Origin: Klebsormidium nitens
Taxonomy: Eukaryota > Plantae > Klebsormidiophyceae
Reading direction: 5' to 3'
Assembly: GCA_000708835.1 (NCBI GenBank)
Contig: DF237243.1
Coordinates: forward strand, 33,691-97,690
Length of the DNA stretch: 64,000 bases
Shown one piece after another: positions 57,815-64,000 of the stretch. The position numbers were made by a program, and so were the translations under genes. The notes under the pieces are model-generated. The model worked only from the letters and a program-made list of their open reading frames with translations. It did no database searches and was not told the DNA's origin. Within the stretch, counting starts at the first letter, position 1. Every line of letters begins with the position of its first letter.

Positions 57815-60800
57815 CTATGTGCTCCTTGGAGGGGCGATTATGCAAGGCTCCACTACGGTCTCAATCTCAGGTGGGCCTAACTCGGCAAGCAAAGGGGCTC
57901 CAGAGGACCTACGTAGTAAGTGGTCAAACTCGCTCGCATCTACCACATCCAGGAACTCTCTGACAGCTGGAAGAAGCTCCATCCGGCACTTCCAAAACTC
58001 CGGCACCTCCCGGAATCGCAACTTCGTCAGCTTCGCCATGCGAAGGATGCTCTTCTCAGCCAAGCTGAGTTTGTAGTCGTTCAGCCCCGCGCTCGACCCG
58101 TAGTTCTTCCCCTTTCCCCGCCGCGCTCCACGGGAAACTTCCACGAGCTTCCCCAGCTTGAGGCCCATCCACCCCAAAACCACGTTGACTGCCTTCTTAA
58201 TCTGCCCCGGCAGCAGATGAACCTGCCCCTCTTTTGGTCTCGGTAGCTTGAAGCGGAACAATTCGGAGGGAGTACGGGAGGCCAGAGACGAACTATCCGC
58301 AGCAAACTTGGCCCGCCCTTCAAAGATACCAGTCTTCATGAGCCGTTCCCTCAAACCGCCTGCTAAGAGCGTAGGGGTATACCCCTTGTCGAAAGGATGC
58401 GCCAGACCCAAAGCGCTGATCAGTTCCTTAGCATACTCAACCCTTAGGATTTCGAAGCTCTTGGGACCCATCGCCTTTTGGTCCAGCGTCTGCGCTGGGG
58501 CTGGGAGCAGTACCTTAAGGAGATTCGCCAAGGGCTCCGAGAAGGGCGACTTGTAGGCGGCCTGTGTCTTCAGGAAGAAGCTGTCATCGAGGTCCTTCAA
58601 ACCATAGAATGCGCAAGCCTCGTACTTGGCGACCTCGTTATGCTGCGTCCCCCTGTCTCTCTTCACATCTCTCAAGCTAGCCAGCTCTGCATATTCCACT
58701 GCCCCGATCGTCTTTGCTTCGATGATGTCGTATGCTTCTTGAGTTAGCCCCCCTCTGCGCTTAGACTGCTTCGTGGGCTCCACGTAAGGCTCCACTTCCA
58801 CAACGTGGCCGGCTTTTGCGACTTGCGCCTGGAATTCCTGAAGTAAGCGAGCGTCCGAGTTGCGTCGCTCCGCCTCCGTGTGTCCCAGCGTCCGAAAGAG
58901 AGGCCCGTCCTCGATCAACTGGACTGCCCCCGTCGCATTCTCAGCGCGAGAGCGTACACGACTCCAGGCAGCCGCCGCGCGTGAGGTGCAAGCTTGGAGG
59001 AACTGCAGCGTCTCGGCGGTTGTCACCCGTCTTGGGGGGAGAAACACCCCAGGCTGGCCGCCCTGCATGATCAACGAAGCACTGGTCAGGCTCTGATCGA
59101 GCAAAAGACGTCAGTGTCTTTTACGAGAGCTGCCTATTCTCTGACAATCACGCTGGACTATGGAATAGGCTGTGCAAGGCTCATTGTGCTACTGTGCTTA
59201 TGTGGTCAACCATTTTGCCTGACCCGCCCAAGTCAAAAGTCCAATCAAGCAGAAAAACGTCCCCCGTAGCTCACAAACGGTTCAACGGTTCAATGACACT
59301 TGTGTTGAAGGCTCGACTCTGCAAATCGACCAAGGTAGGGCTGCTAGGCCAAAACATCATTTCGTGCTCTCACAGACTTACCTTGGCTTTCCCTTTCTTG
59401 CAATCCGAGTCTGAGGGGGGCATCGATGCCCGCTCTGCGCGGTGGGGCGCCTTCAAAGGGCTCCCATCTGCAACCTGCTCGTCGAGTCGCTCAACAGCAT
59501 CGTCTTGTTGCACCTGGAGAGTGAGATCGTGCGCAACCATGAGACATCGATCATTCACAGACATAACTGCAGGGACAGATCATCCTAGTACGCTTGAAAA
59601 GCCACTGGTAAGCAATCAAACACTGATTGAAGTAACTTTCTCTGAAGCGCAGCAATGCTTAGAACCATTCAGCTCACGTGCCGGCCGCGTACCTCTGAAG
59701 TGACATCCTCATCCGCGTCTTGTACCGAAGGCTCCGGCTCTGGTGAGGACGTTCCAGCGGTCTCCTGCACATAATCAATTGAGCAGTATAAAGGCGATGC
59801 GAATCATCGTCACCCTAGTGACAACAACGACTCGGGGTTCCAAGCATTCCCTTCAACGACGGAACGTGACCGTTTAGAGCTTCTGGTGGAAGTTACTTGA
59901 GAGTCAGTCACGGATCGACCATATGTTCCAGTCCAACGATGAAAGCTCCAACGTACTACTAAACTCAATGTGCCGCGCTCGACCATTGGCAGAAACTACT
60001 AGAAACTACTATGAGTTTCTAACTTCTAAAGGTACAGGCTCCGATCTAGGATCATTGTAGATGATGCAACTTACCAGCTCGATGTCCAGATCTGCCGACG
60101 GAACCTCGGGAGCACAGTCAAGCCGTACGGAGATGCCCTGCTGCACGAAGCAGTACACCAAGGGGCTTTCCGTGCGACGGACCCGCAGCGAGGCCTGCCA
60201 AACAGCCCGAGCTGTCGTGCTCTGCTTGCACATGTACAGGTACTTGCTGTGAAACCACTCCTCGTCGAAGTTCACCCCCGCCTCGACCGAAGGGCTGTAC
60301 ATCAGCAGTCGAACTTTCCAGTTGACATTGACGTTCTCGAGCAGAGCAGTGTTGTCACCCCCGCTCATCGCCCTATGCATCAGAATGTCCCCCTCTTCGA
60401 GCCCAAGCGAGTGCCGACCCCCCCCACTCAGCACCCGGTCCCGTATCCTATCCAAGACACGGGCTGACATGCTGACGACGACGACATTCTTTCCGCTGGA
60501 TAGGTCGCGCACGATGCGGTCCAGCCAGAGCGCTTCTTCTTGACAGACGCGGAACGTGAGAGGCACCTGCAGGAAAGTTTTAATAGAGATTCAGAGCAAG
60601 TATGAGCGCGGCCTAAACACAGTTTACTAGTCATCGAGCCTGTCAGGCGCTACCTGTGACGGACGCAGCAGAGAGGTGACCGAGAAAGCACTTTGACGTC
60701 AACTTGCAACCATTCTATGCTTGGAAGGAAGATAAATTGTGGTTCAATCTCTCAGAGGTAGTCATAAAAGGGGAGTATCGAGCAACCCACGGAAGCAGCA

Positions 60801-63620
60801 GCGGCTTTGCCAACACATGCTCAGAAGTTGGTAGATCAGCATTGACTCTATGAGCGCACGCGCATGTCTTCTTAACCACAAAAGGAACCAGAACCTCGAA
60901 TCAGTGCATGCAACTAAATTCCTTGTACTTGTCGGCTTGGATCGTGGATGGTACAAGGAAGCTCACCTTTGCCCGTCTCGTATTGATGACGAGCTTCCCT
61001 GGTACCTTGGCCAGCTGAAAGAAGTCGTGCTCGCGCTGGCCGTAGCCGTCGTCCATGGCCAGAACCCGCTTGGCTTTCTGCACAATCTCGAGGAACAGCT
61101 CTCCGGTTTCGAGGCCGCACCTCAAGGTCGCAGAAGAGAGATGCGCCAGAATGCTGGCCGCCTCGTCCAGAATGACGAGATCGAAAGGGGCGACCTCGCC
61201 AACGCCGTGTGGGCGCAGGTTGAGCAGGCTGTCCACCTGAACCACGACCCAGGGGAACACGCTCCGGTTCTGGAGAGCAGTCAGGAAGTTGTTGGGGCAG
61301 TCCGGGTCTGGAAATAGCTCGTCCTTGTAGTCAGCCTTCAGATCGAGGTAGTTCGCAGAGTCAGGGAAGCGCTGCTTGAGATCTTTGGCTTGAGCGATGC
61401 AATACGTGATCATGAGTTTGGTCACAAGGCGCCCGTCAGCTTGAAGTAGGTGACGAATCTCCTCGAGAATGCTCTTGCAGAACTCCGTCTTGCCCGTGCC
61501 CACCCCAGAGCGGAATGCGAGCAGCTGAAAAGCTCCAGCGAGCCACCTGTGACAGCATGAAGCCAAAGGTTACATTGGTATCTGGATTTTGAGCCAGATT
61601 CGAGAGCGCGCTCCTTTCTTGGACCAAAGGATGCAAAGTGCAGCCCTGTTAATGTGTATAGAATCGTGCACCAAGAACGACGAGACTTAGGATGCATGTC
61701 GCAGGAAATGGAACTTTGTCAGATTGCGAAGATGTAGAAGCCTGTGCTGAGAATGAAGCTTGGACCTCGATCAACTTTTCTCCAGCAGCAGAGTGGCAAT
61801 CCTTGCTGCAGAATTATTATGAAAACAACCAGAACACATTACTCAAATACATGCAACAAACAACTCTCAGATGTGGGATGTGGGAAAATTACTGGTCAGC
61901 GACCGTGTTAAGCTTCAGCACGTCCGTAGTTGGCTCTTGCCCATGTGCCACACGAGCGAGGAGCTCGGGACTCGATGCTGCTGGGTCTCGCTGCAAGTAC
62001 TGCATGTCCACGCGGACAGCACCAGACTCGTAGTTGATGTCGTCCTCGAACAAATCCCCGAGGTAGAAGGCCTTGGCCCGGCACGGCAAATCAGATTCCC
62101 CACCTTCAGAGTTGGTGCTGAAGCAGAGGGCATAAATCTTGCCCTTGGGAGTCAGATGACAGGTCAGGTTCTGGTGGTTCTCGTGGATCCGACCCGTGTA
62201 GCAGGGTTCCGAGCGGTCGAAATAGTTGAAGCGATCGGGTCCCTCCACGTAGGCGGTGGGGTGCAGCCGCTCCCTGAGCAGCTCCAACATGCGGGCCCTG
62301 ACAAAAGCCTCGTTCTTGGGCGTTCGCGTGGTCCCCTCGTGAGTCATCTGCTGGGGGGTCTTGTACTTTCGATGCAGATTCCCAGGCAGCTGGAACGGCA
62401 CCTTGATCTCCTCACGAGCCTGCAAGAAAGACCAGAAGCACCTGATAAGCATATTGCCCCAGCTCATGTAAACAAACCAGCAGGACCAACGGACACATTA
62501 ACAGCAGACTCTGAGGAAAGGGTTCGCATGCGGTTTAGCAACAAACGAGGACAAACGGGACAGAACAATTACAGATTGCTTCAATAGCAGCAAAACGGAG
62601 TGGCGTTCTACGGAAGTAAGGCCATAGGCAGAAACCGCATGACTTACCTCAAGTGGTTCCAGCCAGGTAACCAGGGCGTCCTTCCAAGTGTGACCCAAGT
62701 TCACGAACTGAAGGACGCTCTCAGGTTTCTCGATCTTGGCGCTTCCCGGCGTGCGCCACTCTCGATCTTTCGAGTACACATTCAGGTCGATGAGGGGGGC
62801 GACTGTAGGATACCAGGGCTGCAGCCTTCTCTTGAGACGGGTCGCAAAGTGCGCGGCGCCACTCTCGAAGTTGGACGCAAAGACAAGCTGGCGAGGGAGA
62901 AGCTGGTTGATGGTCAGGTGCAGGCTGACCTTGGCCTGCCCGCCGCTCTCCATCCAAACGAAGCTGCTCGGCTCTAAGTCTAGGGCGTAGCACTCCTTGA
63001 AAACGATGGTCGCCCACTCCTGGATTATCTCCATTACTTCCTCCAGCGTGTACCGCCCCTCGCTGGTTTCCCTGTGCTCCGCCGCACCACGCGCTTCTTC
63101 TCTGGCCCCACTGCTGGGCCCTGCTTCCGAGACAGCTGCACTATCCCCCGTTTTTGCCAAGGCTGCATCTGCTTGCTTCGACTTTCGCCTGAAGGGGAGC
63201 CCGTCCTTGCCATCCAGATCCAAGTAGGGCTTGCACGGCTGTCCGTTCTGAATGACTTCAAACACGGACCTGTGGCCGTCCAGGTTTCTGCAGGCCGTCT
63301 CCCAGTCTGGATAAGAGGCGAAGCTGCGCCACCCGATTGGGACCCCAGCTTCGGTGCGCATACCGGACCACTTGTGGAGCGCCACTTGCACCTCGTGGTT
63401 GAGCAGCGCAGCCTCTTGCTGCATGAAGTGCTTGGGCCCAGGAAAACGGCTCAGGTTCTTCCCCGCTTGGTGGAAGCAGTTGGTGCCGAATTCATGCACG
63501 CGCAGTACTCGAAAGCCGTCCTTCTTGAAGACCTCGTTCCCAGTCAAAGGCTCAGAGCGAATCTCTGGCTCAGGCACAGCGCTGAAGCCCTGGGGCAGCC
63601 CCCGTTCGGCGCCGCGCTTC
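57815..63620 (-). CDS. AEP primase fused to UL9-like (origin-binding protein) SF2 helicase, >=1340 aa, >=7 exons; first exon lies further right
   Basis: Exons 63620-62648, 62419-61893, 61546-60967, 60566-60075, 59764-59693, 59513-59382 and 59062-57815 join in phase. AEP motifs KPYLDLD, KVSLHL, IDLNVYSKDREWR; Zn motif CYTGRIHENH. UL9-type helicase motifs SGVGTGKT, VQVDSLLNL, VILDEAASILAHL, AMDD, YSPSVEAGVNF, QASLRVR. Confidence 0.88.
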
Positions 63621-63740
63621 CTGGAAAAGAGGATCACACAGGAATCAGATCGAATGCCCTCTGCAGGTACCTACTACTACGTGCCTCTGTATCCAAGGTC
63701 CGGCAGAAAGGGTTCGGTGGCATACAACAAAGCGGTATGT

Positions 63741-64000
63741 GTACCAAGCTGCGCATGTCTCTTCTTGAGATGTAAAAGGCTGTTTCTTGGTACGAACGTG
63801 GTCAACTACAAACACGCTGATTCGGTAACTCAGAGTTACGGCGGTTCTTGCAGTCAAGTACCAAGCTGTGCCTGTCTCTTTTTAGAAAGTAAGAGGCTGT
63901 TTCTTGGTACAAACGAGGTCAACTACAAAAGCTAACTTCCGAAATCCACACGCATAGCCCTCCTTCAGTCATGTACCAAGTTTCGCCTGTCTCTTTTTAG
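63741..64000 (+). repeat. Second array of the palindromic repeat family (2 full units plus 1 partial; period 115-117 bp), continues off window
   Basis: 53-bp cores GTACCAAG...CTTGGTAC at 63741-63793 and 63858-63910, and a third from 63973. Each full core is followed by (g/a)aacg(t/a)ggtcaactacaaa and then a largely dissimilar 45-nt or 43-nt linker. Same orientation as the 43.3-45.5 kb array. Confidence 0.9.

Larger units (their letters stand above)
43335..64000. mobile_element. Composite virus-like/mobile region (>=20.6 kb, continues beyond window): KDZ transposase, XPA-like gene, D5 primase-helicase, tyrosine recombinase, AEP-UL9 helicase, flanked by palindromic repeat arrays
   Basis: Cluster of replication and integration genes with no host housekeeping gene among them. 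Short intergenic gaps of 49-246 bp between 53.7 and 57.8 kb. The same repeat family occurs at both ends. Exact termini and TSD not found. Confidence 0.75.

Noticed and set aside
43335-64000. Capsid, packaging ATPase, protein-primed PolB, TnpB/Fanzor or cas genes expected for a PLV, Polinton or guide-RNA system
   Set aside because: No matching motifs recognised in any ORF; they could still lie in the gaps or beyond position 64000.
1-64000. tRNA, rRNA or snRNA genes
   Set aside because: None recognised by eye; a covariance-model scan (tRNAscan-SE, Infernal) would be needed to exclude them.

Overview
Intron-rich eukaryotic genomic DNA with GC-rich exons and canonical GT-AG introns. It resembles a streptophyte alga such as Klebsormidium, but the organism is an inference. 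The left two-thirds (1 to ~41.4 kb) is host-like, with five spliced genes: an HSPA12-type Hsp70 family gene (-, runs off the left edge), a cereblon homologue (+), an orphan 5-exon gene (+) whose motifs recall giant-virus hypothetical proteins, a sphingosine kinase (-) and a PqaA/AprA-family gene (-). Several introns carry decaying tandem copies of the adjacent splice junction, and two MITE-like inverted-repeat elements are present. From ~43.3 kb to the right edge lies a compact virus-like or mobile region. It contains a palindromic ~110-bp repeat array, a spliced KDZ (Kyakuja-Dileera-Zisupton)-type transposase whose 667-bp intron holds an antisense XPA-like gene, an intronless Prim-Pol/D5 primase-helicase, a tyrosine recombinase, three orphan ORFs, a 7-exon AEP-primase + UL9-like origin-binding helicase, and a second array of the same palindromic repeat in the same orientation. 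No capsid, packaging ATPase, DNA polymerase, cas or RNA genes were recognised. Three assembly gaps (43353-43744, 44442-45041, 54007-54874) hide part of this region. All protein identifications come from motif recognition by eye; no database search was run.
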